DNA of 64,000 nucleotides from Candidatus Magasanikiibacteriota bacterium (GTDB lineage: Bacteria > Patescibacteriota > Patescibacteriia > Magasanikbacterales > GWA2-37-8), in NCBI GenBank assembly GCA_036744835.1, contig DAIOHD010000001.1:82320-146319 (forward strand), read 5' to 3'. Shown here in pieces: positions 49,162-59,714 of this stretch. A model generated the notes under the pieces. That model saw only the letters and a list, made by a program, of their open reading frames with translations. It was not told the origin of the DNA and did not search any database. Position numbers and translations under genes: made by a program. Numbering within the stretch: position 1 is the stretch's first letter; each line of letters opens with the position of its first letter.

Positions 49162-49347
49162 TTACTGAGTGATAAGTTTGGTCAGACCCAAGTTAAACAC
49201 ATAGTCTAACACGGAAAAAAACACCGCCATCCCAACACTCATGGCAATAACCAAAGCGCTGTAGTTGATGGTTTGTTTTTTTGTTGGCCAAGTGACTTTT
49301 TTCATCTCGGCGTAAGAATCCTTGAAATATTGGATTATTTTGTCCAT
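49162..49347 (-). CDS. secE: preprotein translocase subunit SecE
   Basis: 61 aa, single C-terminal TM. Conserved secE-nusG-rplK order. Confidence 0.7.
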   Translation of the reverse strand: MDKIIQYFKDSYAEMKKVTWPTKKQTINYSALVIAMSVGMAVFFSVLDYVFNLGLTKLITQ

Positions 49348-49681
49348 AGATTTTTAAATTATTTAACCGGGTTGACCCAGTTAAATTAAATTTAGTAGCA
49401 CCCGAGTAGTTTAATTGTTGGGTTTATAAACTTTTTAACCGATTAGAGTTTAAAGTGTCCCTACAACTAAATTTTGATTTCAAAATCCCAGAGATTTTGA
49501 AATCATTTAACCGGGTGAATTTTTGGTATTTAAAAACGGCCTGTCAGCCGATTTGTATTGATATGATAACATAAGGCGGGGATTTAGTCAAGATTGGGTG
49601 TACACTCCCTGTTTCAGCTAATATTAGCTGAAAAATCCCAATGACCAATTCCCAATGTCCAATCAAATCCCAAACCCCAAG

Positions 49682-49777
49682 TGTGTCATCCTGAGTGAAA
49701 CGAAAGATCCCTTAAACACGGATTTGGAAATTAAGTTTAACTATAAGGGATTCTTCTCTACGCTCAGAATGAACCGT
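49682..49777. mobile_element. second MITE-like palindromic element family (TGTCATCCTGAG...CTCAGAATGAAC)
   Basis: Left arm GTCATCCTGAGTGAAACGAAAGATCCCTTA. Right arm is rc GTTCATTCTGAGCGTAGAGAAGAATCCCTTA. Confidence 0.55.
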
Positions 49778-49872
49778 GGTCGGTAATCCGAAGATCAAAG
49801 ACCAAATTCATTTGACAAAAACTCAATAAAATTGGTATCGTAATATAAAATATAAAAAATAATTTTTAAAAT

Positions 49873-50769
49873 ATGGAAAAAAATAAAAATGTTCATCCTG
49901 CTTATAAAGAATATGATTTAGAAATTAAAAATTCAGGAGAATTGGAAGAGGCAAAAGAGATAGTTGGTGTTTCTAGTCATGAAGAAGTTATGGAAAGATT
50001 TAATAAAGTAGAAGGGAAAGAAGAAATAAAAAATATAGAAAAAGATGAGGAAATTAAATCTTTAAAAAAAGAAATTGAAGAATTAAAATCTCAAATAGAA
50101 AAAATGAAAGAATTAGGTTTTAATCCAGAAGATAAAGAGTTTTTTCTCGACACTGAACTAGTTAAAAAAAGTTATGGAGATTTTGCTAAATTACTCACTG
50201 AAAAGATAAACGATAATTCTACTTACGCTAAAAATTTTAATGAATATTTGATAAATACTCAACCTTTTTTGGAAAAGTTAAGTGAACTTGAAGAAAATCC
50301 CCCTGGTTGGTTTCAAGTACTTCAATATCGAAAATCGTACATTTTAGGGGGTTTTGAAAAAATTAAAGATTTATTTGCTAGATCTCAAAAATTAATAAAA
50401 GAAATTTTACTAGAAACACAAAGTTTATCGGAAAATGATGAAAAATTATCTATCGAAGATTGTTATGTTAAGTTTATTGAAAAAACCATGAAAATGAATA
50501 ATTTTAATAACTTTAATAATGATGTTTTAACAAAAGTTGTAGAAAAACTCTCAAAAGATGAAAGACTTTTTGGAAAAAGTTATAATAATTTGGATTTACT
50601 TAGTAAGCAAATAATGATAGAATTGGGTAATTTTCGGAGTTGGCTAGATGATGATGGACGGGGTTATCTAAAGGATGGTGAAAGAAAAGAGATGTACCGT
50701 TTTTTCTTTGATTTTGAAAGAAAATTATTTGCAACTATGAAAAATTTGCATGTACGAGCTTTTGATTAA
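49873..50769 (+). CDS. hypothetical coiled-coil protein
   Basis: 298-aa ORF, Lys/Glu-rich heptad-like N-terminal region. No recognised motif. Confidence 0.5.
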   Translation: MEKNKNVHPAYKEYDLEIKNSGELEEAKEIVGVSSHEEVMERFNKVEGKEEIKNIEKDEEIKSLKKEIEELKSQIEKMKELGFNPEDKEFFLDTELVKKSYGDFAKLLTEKINDNSTYAKNFNEYLINTQPFLEKLSELEENPPGWFQVLQYRKSYILGGFEKIKDLFARSQKLIKEILLETQSLSENDEKLSIEDCYVKFIEKTMKMNNFNNFNNDVLTKVVEKLSKDERLFGKSYNNLDLLSKQIMIELGNFRSWLDDDGRGYLKDGERKEMYRFFFDFERKLFATMKNLHVRAFD

Positions 50770-50955
50770 TTTTTAAATATATAATTCTATAAAAAAATAA
50801 AGTAATTTAAAAAATAAAAAAACTTCGCCCAATCAGCGAAGTTTTTTGTTTGTTTTGTCAATTTTTAATTATTAATTATCAATTTCTCAAATCAGTGGGA
50901 TTGCTTCGTTTCACTCGCAATGACAGTAGTCCGTAGTCTGTAGTCCGAAGTCCAA

Positions 50956-53025
<2,070 letters not shown>

Positions 53026-53220
53026 TTATTCAATAAAGTTGCCATTATTTTATCATTTTTTCTAATAGTTAGCAAGTGGGTAAAATATTTTTTAAACTAT
53101 TTTCGAGAAGTTTAAAAATTAGTTCCCAACAATCTTTTATTTGTAAAAAAAAGCAAAGAATGATAAAATTAAGTCAATAAAAAAGTCCGTTTAGCGAACT
53201 AAAGGACAATTATTAATTAT

Positions 53221-54180
53221 ATGGATTTTTATTCGCAAAAAAATAAACTTAATCAAAGAAAGACAGGCGGTTCGGAAGACAAAATTCCTCAATTAAATGG
53301 TTTGAAAAAGAAAGGGATCGAAAAATACGAGGATCCCACGGGTGAATTTTCTAATCGTCAATTAAATTTTTCCGCTTGGTATGTAAAAAACAGAATACTG
53401 GTTTATCGTTTTTTTGTAAGTCTTTTAATCTCTTTTTCAGTAATAACTATTTTATATTCTTTACTTAGAGTGGCTTGGATTATTGTTGTGGAGATTCCTC
53501 GGGATAAAAAAATCATGGAGCAATTAGCTAGTCCTTATGACTACCAACAATTAAATAGAATTTTGGCGCCACAAAATATTTTGATTGATGAGATTCAAGT
53601 TTTTTTGGCCGGCGTTGGTAAATATGATGTTATGACTGAAATTTCTAACCCAAACACCAAACATATTATTTATTTTGATTATTATTTTTTGGTAAACGGA
53701 GCATCAACTACAAAAAAAAGTGCTTTTATTTTACCGCTTCAGACCAAACCGGTGTTGGAATACGGGCTTAATGATGCGTATGGTATAGAGTTAATCATAG
53801 AAAATTATTCCGCTAAAAGAATAAATGCTCATATTTATCCCGATCCGACAAATCATATTTTAGCGCGAGACATTTTTAGTTTAGAAAATTTTGAATTCAA
53901 AAGCGTATTACATCCGGAAGGTGCCAATGCTAATATTGTTAAATTTTCCTTGATCAATAGTAGTCCTTTCCATTATTATAATCCTGAATTTATCGTTAAA
54001 TATAAAAATAATGGTTTGACAGTCGGGGTGGCTTCGATAGTTTTGGAAAATTTTATTTCTTTACAAACCAGAGAAGTAGATTTGAGAAGTTTTGCTGACA
54101 ATCTTTTTATAAATGAACTGGAGATTGTCCCTTCTATAAATTATTTTGATCAAAGTTCTTATTTTGAACCTATAAGATAA
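53221..54180 (+). CDS. hypothetical bitopic membrane protein immediately upstream of ftsW
   Basis: 319 aa, one TM (FFVSLLISFSVITILYSLL), large extracytoplasmic domain. Stop abuts the ftsW start. Confidence 0.5.
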   Translation: MDFYSQKNKLNQRKTGGSEDKIPQLNGLKKKGIEKYEDPTGEFSNRQLNFSAWYVKNRILVYRFFVSLLISFSVITILYSLLRVAWIIVVEIPRDKKIMEQLASPYDYQQLNRILAPQNILIDEIQVFLAGVGKYDVMTEISNPNTKHIIYFDYYFLVNGASTTKKSAFILPLQTKPVLEYGLNDAYGIELIIENYSAKRINAHIYPDPTNHILARDIFSLENFEFKSVLHPEGANANIVKFSLINSSPFHYYNPEFIVKYKNNGLTVGVASIVLENFISLQTREVDLRSFADNLFINELEIVPSINYFDQSSYFEPIR

Positions 54181-54181
54181 T

Positions 54182-55276
54182 ATGTTTTCCCTGGCCAAAT
54201 TCTCAGGGAGGAGTTTTGACTGGCTACTTTTTTTGGCCGTATTTTTTCTGATTGCTTTTGGCTTGATGGCCATTTATAGCGTGGACTTATCCAGAGGCAG
54301 TGAATTGTTTTATTTTAAAAAACAATTAGTCGCTTTGTCTTTAGGGTTGTTATTATTGTTTATTGCCAGTCTTAATCAATATACATTTTTTAAAACCTAT
54401 GCCAGATGGTTTTATTTTTTTTCAATAATTTTATTGATTACGGTTTTGATTTTTGGTCAAAATATTCGTGGCACAACCGGTTGGTTTTATTTTTTAGGTC
54501 TTTCTTTTCAGCCAGTAGAATTAACTAAAGTAGGGGTTATTTTGATGCTCTCTTATGTGATTTCTAATTTTGGTCGACAATTTGAGCGGGCTAGATTTTT
54601 CTTTGGGACTTTATTATTGACATTGTTACCAATATTTTTTATTATGCTGCAGCCAGATCTTGGTTCAGCTATTTTGATAGGCGCCATCTGGTTTATATTG
54701 ATGTTTTTGACCGGAGCGCGTAAAACTTTTATTTTTGGTTTCATCTTATTATTTATTGCCATGGCGGTTTTTAGTTGGTTTTTTCTTTTTAAAGATTATC
54801 AAAAAGATCGTTTGATGAATTTTATTAACCCAACTCACGATCCGCTTGGCTCCGGTTACAATGTTTTACAATCAACCATTGCGGTTGGTTCCGGTGGTTT
54901 ATTTGGTCGGGGTTTGGGTTTTGGTTCGCAAAGCCAATTGCGATTTTTACCGGAAACACAAACTGATTTTGTTTTTTCCGTGATTGCCGAAGAATTGGGA
55001 TTTTTGGGAGTAAGCGTTCTGTTGATTTTGTTTTTGATAATTTTTTGGCGATTGATCTCATTGATTTCCAAAACCAATAATGATTTTATTGCTTTGACAG
55101 TTTCCGGGGTAGCTGCGCTTTTTTTCTCGCAATTTTTTATTAATATCGGAGCTAATGTTGGTCTTTTGCCGGTCACCGGTGTTACATTACCTTTTGTTTC
55201 TTCTGGCGGTTCTTCTTTAATGATGAATTTGTTGTTGATAGGAATAGTGGAGAGTATGGTGGAGAAGAAATACTAA
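54182..55276 (+). CDS. ftsW: SEDS-family peptidoglycan glycosyltransferase (FtsW/RodA)
   Basis: Ten TM helices and FtsW/RodA conserved loop motifs (LQPDLGSA, LPETQTDF). Confidence 0.85.
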   Translation: MFSLAKFSGRSFDWLLFLAVFFLIAFGLMAIYSVDLSRGSELFYFKKQLVALSLGLLLLFIASLNQYTFFKTYARWFYFFSIILLITVLIFGQNIRGTTGWFYFLGLSFQPVELTKVGVILMLSYVISNFGRQFERARFFFGTLLLTLLPIFFIMLQPDLGSAILIGAIWFILMFLTGARKTFIFGFILLFIAMAVFSWFFLFKDYQKDRLMNFINPTHDPLGSGYNVLQSTIAVGSGGLFGRGLGFGSQSQLRFLPETQTDFVFSVIAEELGFLGVSVLLILFLIIFWRLISLISKTNNDFIALTVSGVAALFFSQFFINIGANVGLLPVTGVTLPFVSSGGSSLMMNLLLIGIVESMVEKKY

Positions 55277-55390
55277 AATAGCAGGTAAGCTTGTAAGCTG
55301 GTAAGCAATAAAGCTAAATTTGATAATTAAAAATTAGTGATTGAAAATTAATTAAAAATTGTAAAATTAAAAATTGAAAATTTTCGTCAA

Positions 55391-57520
55391 ATGAAATTTA
55401 AATTAGTTTCTACATACAAACCAGCCGGGGATCAACCAGAGGCCATCACAAAATTAGTGAATGGTATATCTTCTGATATGCGACGACAAACTTTGCTTGG
55501 GGTGACTGGTTCGGGAAAAACTTTTACTATTGCTAATGTTATAGAAAAAACCCAGAAGCCGACTTTGGTTATTGCGCACAACAAAACTTTGGCTGCTCAG
55601 CTTTGTAATGAATTTCGCGAATTTTTTCCCAACAATGCAGTAGAATATTTTGTTTCTTTTTATGATTATTATCAGCCAGAGGCGTATATGCCTCACACTG
55701 ATACCTACATTGAGAAAGAAGCACAGATCAACGAAGAAATAGATAGACTACGTCATGCTTGTACTCAAGCGTTACTTACTCGCAAAGATGTGATAATAGT
55801 GGCATCAGTATCGGCTATTTATAATCTTGGTTCACCAAAAGAATATGAACGCACGGTTTTGCATTTGGAAGTTGGGCAAAATCTGGATCGTCGGGGTTTG
55901 ATGGCAAAATTAGTTGAAATGAAATTTGAACGCACCAATGGAGAACTCAAACGCGGAACATTTTTATTGCGCGGACAGGTTTTGGAATTGGTTCCGGTAA
56001 ATGAAGAAAAAATTTACCGCTTTGGGCTTAGTGATAAAATAGATTCCATTGAAATTTTTGATGCTTTGACTCGTAAACGAATCGGGGAAGTAAAAGATAT
56101 GTGGCTTTTTCCAGCCAAACACTATGTGGTATCGCAAGAAACTAAAAATAACGCTTTGCAAGCTATCAGAGACGAATTGAAAATCAGATATGATGAATTG
56201 ATGCGACACGGAAAATTGTTGGAAGCGGAAAGATTGAAACGCAAAACCAATTATGATTTGGAATTGATAGAACATATCGGTTATTGCAACGGGATAGAAA
56301 ATTATTCCAGATTTTTTGAAGAACGAAAAGCAGATGAACCGGCTTTTACACTGCTTGATTATTTTAATTATGGAGCAGGGGATTTCTTGACTGTGATTGA
56401 TGAATCACACGTGACTATTCCGCAATTGCGCGGGATGTTTGCGGGCGACAGATCAAGAAAAGATACTTTGATTGAACATGGATTTAGATTACCTAGCGCA
56501 CGTGACAATCGTCCGCTCACTTATGATGAATTTGATGAAAGAACCAAACAATTGATTTATGTTTCCGCCACTCCCAATGAATATGAAGTTGATTTGAGTG
56601 ATCAAGTCGTGGAACAAATAGTTCGTCCAACCGGCTTGATTGATCCGGAAGTTATTATTGCGCCTGTGACTGGCGGTAAAGTGTCATTGCGAACCCAAAG
56701 GGCGAAGCAATCCCACGATGAGATCGCCACGACCTCAGGAACGCTCAGCGTTTCCTCTGGTCTCGCGATGACAGGACTTTCCCAAATTGAAGATTTGATA
56801 ATTCGGATTGAAGATAAAATAAAAAAGAACGAAAGAACTTTGGTAACCACGTTGACCAAAAAAATGGCGGAAGATTTATCCGAATATTTGAAAGAGAAAA
56901 AAATAAAAGTTACATATTTACACAGTGATATAGAAACTTTGGAACGTATTCAAATTATCACAGATTTACGTCAAGGGAAAATCGATGTTTTGGTTGGTGT
57001 GAATTTATTGCGTGAAGGTTTGGATATGCCGGAAGTATCGCTCGTGGCGATTTTGGATGCGGACAAAGAAGGGTTTTTGCGTAGCGCCACCAGTTTGATT
57101 CAAACTATCGGGCGTGCAGCGCGTAATGTGAATGGTCAAGTGATTTTGTATGCGGATAATATTACTGGTTCTATCCAAAAGGCGATAGATGAAACCAATC
57201 GTCGTCGAAAAATTCAATTGGCATATAATAAAAAACATGGCATCACGCCAAAGACGATTGAAAAAACTATCAAAAATATTTTGGCGGATTTTGGTTTGAC
57301 TTTGAACACAGAAAAACAAAAAGGAAAATTAAGAAACAAAGCAAAAAAATTATCAGTGACTGACTTGGATTTGCTTGGCGATGGCAGACCTCTAGAAACC
57401 ATAATTAAAGAAAAAGAAAAATTAATGCGTGAAGCTGCGGAACATTTGGAATTTGAGTTGGCGGCGATACTCAGGGATGAGGTGAGGGAGTTGAAAAACA
57501 GGATACGAAATACGAAATAA
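55391..57520 (+). CDS. uvrB: excinuclease ABC subunit B carrying an in-frame approx. 31-33-aa insertion encoded by a MITE-like repeat
   Basis: Helicase motifs (GVTGSGKT, DESH, beta-hairpin, TLTKKMAEDL) and C-terminal UvrC-interaction coiled coil. The insertion is at 56683-56773. Confidence 0.9.
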   Translation: MKFKLVSTYKPAGDQPEAITKLVNGISSDMRRQTLLGVTGSGKTFTIANVIEKTQKPTLVIAHNKTLAAQLCNEFREFFPNNAVEYFVSFYDYYQPEAYMPHTDTYIEKEAQINEEIDRLRHACTQALLTRKDVIIVASVSAIYNLGSPKEYERTVLHLEVGQNLDRRGLMAKLVEMKFERTNGELKRGTFLLRGQVLELVPVNEEKIYRFGLSDKIDSIEIFDALTRKRIGEVKDMWLFPAKHYVVSQETKNNALQAIRDELKIRYDELMRHGKLLEAERLKRKTNYDLELIEHIGYCNGIENYSRFFEERKADEPAFTLLDYFNYGAGDFLTVIDESHVTIPQLRGMFAGDRSRKDTLIEHGFRLPSARDNRPLTYDEFDERTKQLIYVSATPNEYEVDLSDQVVEQIVRPTGLIDPEVIIAPVTGGKVSLRTQRAKQSHDEIATTSGTLSVSSGLAMTGLSQIEDLIIRIEDKIKKNERTLVTTLTKKMAEDLSEYLKEKKIKVTYLHSDIETLERIQIITDLRQGKIDVLVGVNLLREGLDMPEVSLVAILDADKEGFLRSATSLIQTIGRAARNVNGQVILYADNITGSIQKAIDETNRRRKIQLAYNKKHGITPKTIEKTIKNILADFGLTLNTEKQKGKLRNKAKKLSVTDLDLLGDGRPLETIIKEKEKLMREAAEHLEFELAAILRDEVRELKNRIRNTK
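56683..56773 (+). mobile_element. MITE-like palindromic element (TIR GTCATTGCGA/CTCGCGATGAC) inserted in-frame in uvrB
   Basis: Shares TIRs and the internal GAAGCAATCCCAC...GCCACGACC core with the copies at 18129-18220, 48478-48544, 57544-57631 and the partial copy at 50895-50925. Confidence 0.75.
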
Positions 57521-57543
57521 TACGAAATTACGAACCGCGTGCT

Positions 57544-57631
57544 GTCATTGCGAGGAGTGAAACGACGAAGCAATCCCACGAAGTTCAGAAAGCAGTGGAA
57601 TTGCCACGACCCTTCGGGTCTCGCAATGACA
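57544..57631 (+). mobile_element. MITE-like element copy just downstream of uvrB
   Basis: GTCATTGCGAGGAGTGAAACGACGAAGCAATCCCACG...GCCACGACCCTTCGGGTCTCGCAATGACA. Confidence 0.7.
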
Positions 57632-57779
57632 CCAAAATCGCCCCAAAAGGCGGTTTTTTGTTCCCCCTCTCTTTTTTAAGAGAGGGGTTAGAGGAGAGTC
57701 TTTAAAAAAACTCCACCCTAACCCTCCTCTTGAGGAAGAGGAGGGAATAAAATTGGCTAATTTTAGCTAAATTATAGTA

Positions 57780-57808
57780 TTGACAAAATGACCAAAATAT
57801 GCTATAAT
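57780..57808 (+). promoter_or_regulatory. sigma70-type promoter of the GC-rich hypothetical gene at 57917
   Basis: TTGACA (57780-57785), 17-nt spacer, TGCTATAAT (-10 at 57803-57808). Upstream GGCTAATTTTAGCTAAA. Confidence 0.55.
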
Positions 57809-57916
57809 ACTTCGTTCTTTGAAAACGCGCTTTTTAGGTTTAGCGATTTGCGTGTTTGGCAATAGTGCTCAAATGCGTTTACGTATGCCTGACTGGTGCA
57901 ACCGTTGGAGGATGCG

Positions 57917-58450
57917 ATGAAGAATTTTGGTTATGAAATGATCAGGCGCGCTCAGTGCGAAGAACTGGAAAGGCTGGATATAAAATATCCGGGCTACATG
58001 GATGCACTGATGAAGATGGTGATTCAAAGCTTTAACCCCGTTCCGAAGATTGTGGCTCAGAAATTCATCGAGCGCCATGAGTACTACCGGAAGCATGCGG
58101 GCAAGTTTCGGTTAAATTTTTTCGGCAGCAACGAAACGGCGATCTTGGAAATTTCGCCCGATTCGGCCAAACTGCTCGGCTGGAACAATGACAACCCCTG
58201 CGTGTCGACGAGTATCATTCTGGAAGCAATTCGGGACCTTGGCTTTACGCCTCTGTATGGTCTGCAGGAACTGGAGGTCTTCGATGAACACTTTCTGATT
58301 CATTACGAGCACGGCCATCCTCTCTGCACTTTCCGGAAGGATCAGGAAGGTGTCCATTTCCTTTTCAACCCCGGTGGTATGAAGAAGTTCGATGTTCGGG
58401 AAGGATCGGATGTCCTCTATTACTTCGAGTTCCTGATTGGCCTCAAATAG
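57917..58450 (+). CDS. hypothetical protein in a GC-anomalous region (about 50% GC). Possible distant paralog of the gene at 5010-5576
   Basis: The track ORF starts at GTG 57896. ATG 57917 with RBS GGAGG 6 nt upstream is preferred. Terminator hairpin CGACCGCGGTAGGTTAATCCACCGCGGTC + T-run at about 58470-58506. Confidence 0.5.
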   Translation: MKNFGYEMIRRAQCEELERLDIKYPGYMDALMKMVIQSFNPVPKIVAQKFIERHEYYRKHAGKFRLNFFGSNETAILEISPDSAKLLGWNNDNPCVSTSIILEAIRDLGFTPLYGLQELEVFDEHFLIHYEHGHPLCTFRKDQEGVHFLFNPGGMKKFDVREGSDVLYYFEFLIGLK

Positions 58451-58601
58451 TTCTTTCAATTCGATATTTCGACCGCGGTAGGTTAATCCACCGCGGTCTT
58501 TTTTTATTCAAAATAATATTTAATATCCCAATATCTTAATATCAATTAAAAAAGACACACCAATTTTGGTATGCCTTTTTTGTTTTTTATCAAAAAAAAG
58601 T

Positions 58602-59012
58602 TTATTCCACGTTTAGCTCCACCTCATTTGAATACTTCACACATTCTTTTTCTTCCATCTCGCAAATTCTGAAATATCTAGTTCCAGTTGGGACGTTGTA
58701 AAAAGTTGCTTCGTCATTATCGGTCATTACATTTTGCCAAAAAGGATTTTCCGCTTCTGGTCTGGAACTATGCAATAATTTATAACCACCTGGATTATCG
58801 GATTTATTCCAAATAAATCTCACTTGTCCATTTCCCAGGGCTTCTACAGATAAGATTAAATCACTTTGTTCTTCGTCGTTATATTCATCTTCAAAAACAG
58901 CCAAGTCATCAAGACCATCTTCTACTTCTACTAGTGCGGTATTTTGACAGCCGGCGCCCATCAGGATAATAACGGCAAAAAGAGTGAAAAAGGAAAGAAA
59001 TTTTTTGAACAT
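58602..59012 (-). CDS. hypothetical lipoprotein
   Basis: Start MFKKFLSFF, lipobox LMGAGC, beta-rich mature domain. Confidence 0.5.
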   Translation of the reverse strand: MFKKFLSFFTLFAVIILMGAGCQNTALVEVEDGLDDLAVFEDEYNDEEQSDLILSVEALGNGQVRFIWNKSDNPGGYKLLHSSRPEAENPFWQNVMTDNDEATFYNVPTGTRYFRICEMEEKECVKYSNEVELNVE

Positions 59013-59101
59013 AAGGCAAAAAATTAAATTAATTAACAAAGTTTAATGTATTATAAAAGAATATTTTTGTCAATAAAAAAAGCGATTCTATTTAGAACCG
59101 C

Positions 59102-59404
59102 TTAGCAAGGAAAAAGTTCCTGATTGATTTCCGCGATCAGTTTATCCAGAGTTTTTTTGTACTCTTGCGCTGCCGAGATTATGAGTCCCGGAGAATTTAA
59201 GCCCAGAACCGGACCATTCTGCCATTCGTGCAGGCAATAATCCGCATCAGAAAAAAGTTTGGCAATCTTTTCGTTTTCCGAATTGGCGCAGAGCACGCGA
59301 AGTTCTTCCACCTTTTCACTGTACCCATATCGTTCTGTGATAATCTCCTGGATTTTTTCCAGGTTTTTTTTGGTTTCTTCTTCAGCTTTTTTTAACCAGT
59401 CCAT
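59102..59404 (-). CDS. hypothetical protein
   Basis: 100-aa ORF. No recognised motif. Confidence 0.4.
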   Translation of the reverse strand: MDWLKKAEEETKKNLEKIQEIITERYGYSEKVEELRVLCANSENEKIAKLFSDADYCLHEWQNGPVLGLNSPGLIISAAQEYKKTLDKLIAEINQELFPC

Positions 59405-59714
59405 TTTTTCCTCTCTTTGAAAATTAATAATATAAAGGACGTATAAAGGTATTTAATAGGAGTTTGAGGAGAATGTCAAATGGTTTTTTAAATCCCAATG
59501 TCCAATTCCCAATGCCCAATGAATGCCCCCGCCTTCGCCCTTTGGGCTACGGACGGGCAAGCAAGCCTAAATGTCCAAAAATAATTAGGGTTTAGGATTT
59601 GGGGTTTGATTGGTCATTGGGGTTTGGTCATTAAAGTAAGGTTGACTTTCACCCAATCTCATAGTAAACTTTTTATCATACCCCTATATAAACAAAGTGA
59701 GGGGCATTTTGCTT

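Noticed and set aside
49348-49872. Expected rpmG (L33) / tRNA-Trp upstream of secE
   Set aside because: Reverse-strand reading of 49348-49520 shows no CxxC-containing small ORF and no tRNA-like cloverleaf. The region is filled with repeats (TTTAACCGGGT units, a GATTTCAAAATC palindrome, CCCAATG units, a MITE).
55340-55390. Canonical sigma70 promoter for uvrB within the AT-rich repeat
   Set aside because: Only weak -35/-10 combinations (TTGTAA ... TTTCGT) could be drawn, so it was recorded as a repeat with a possible promoter role rather than as a promoter feature.
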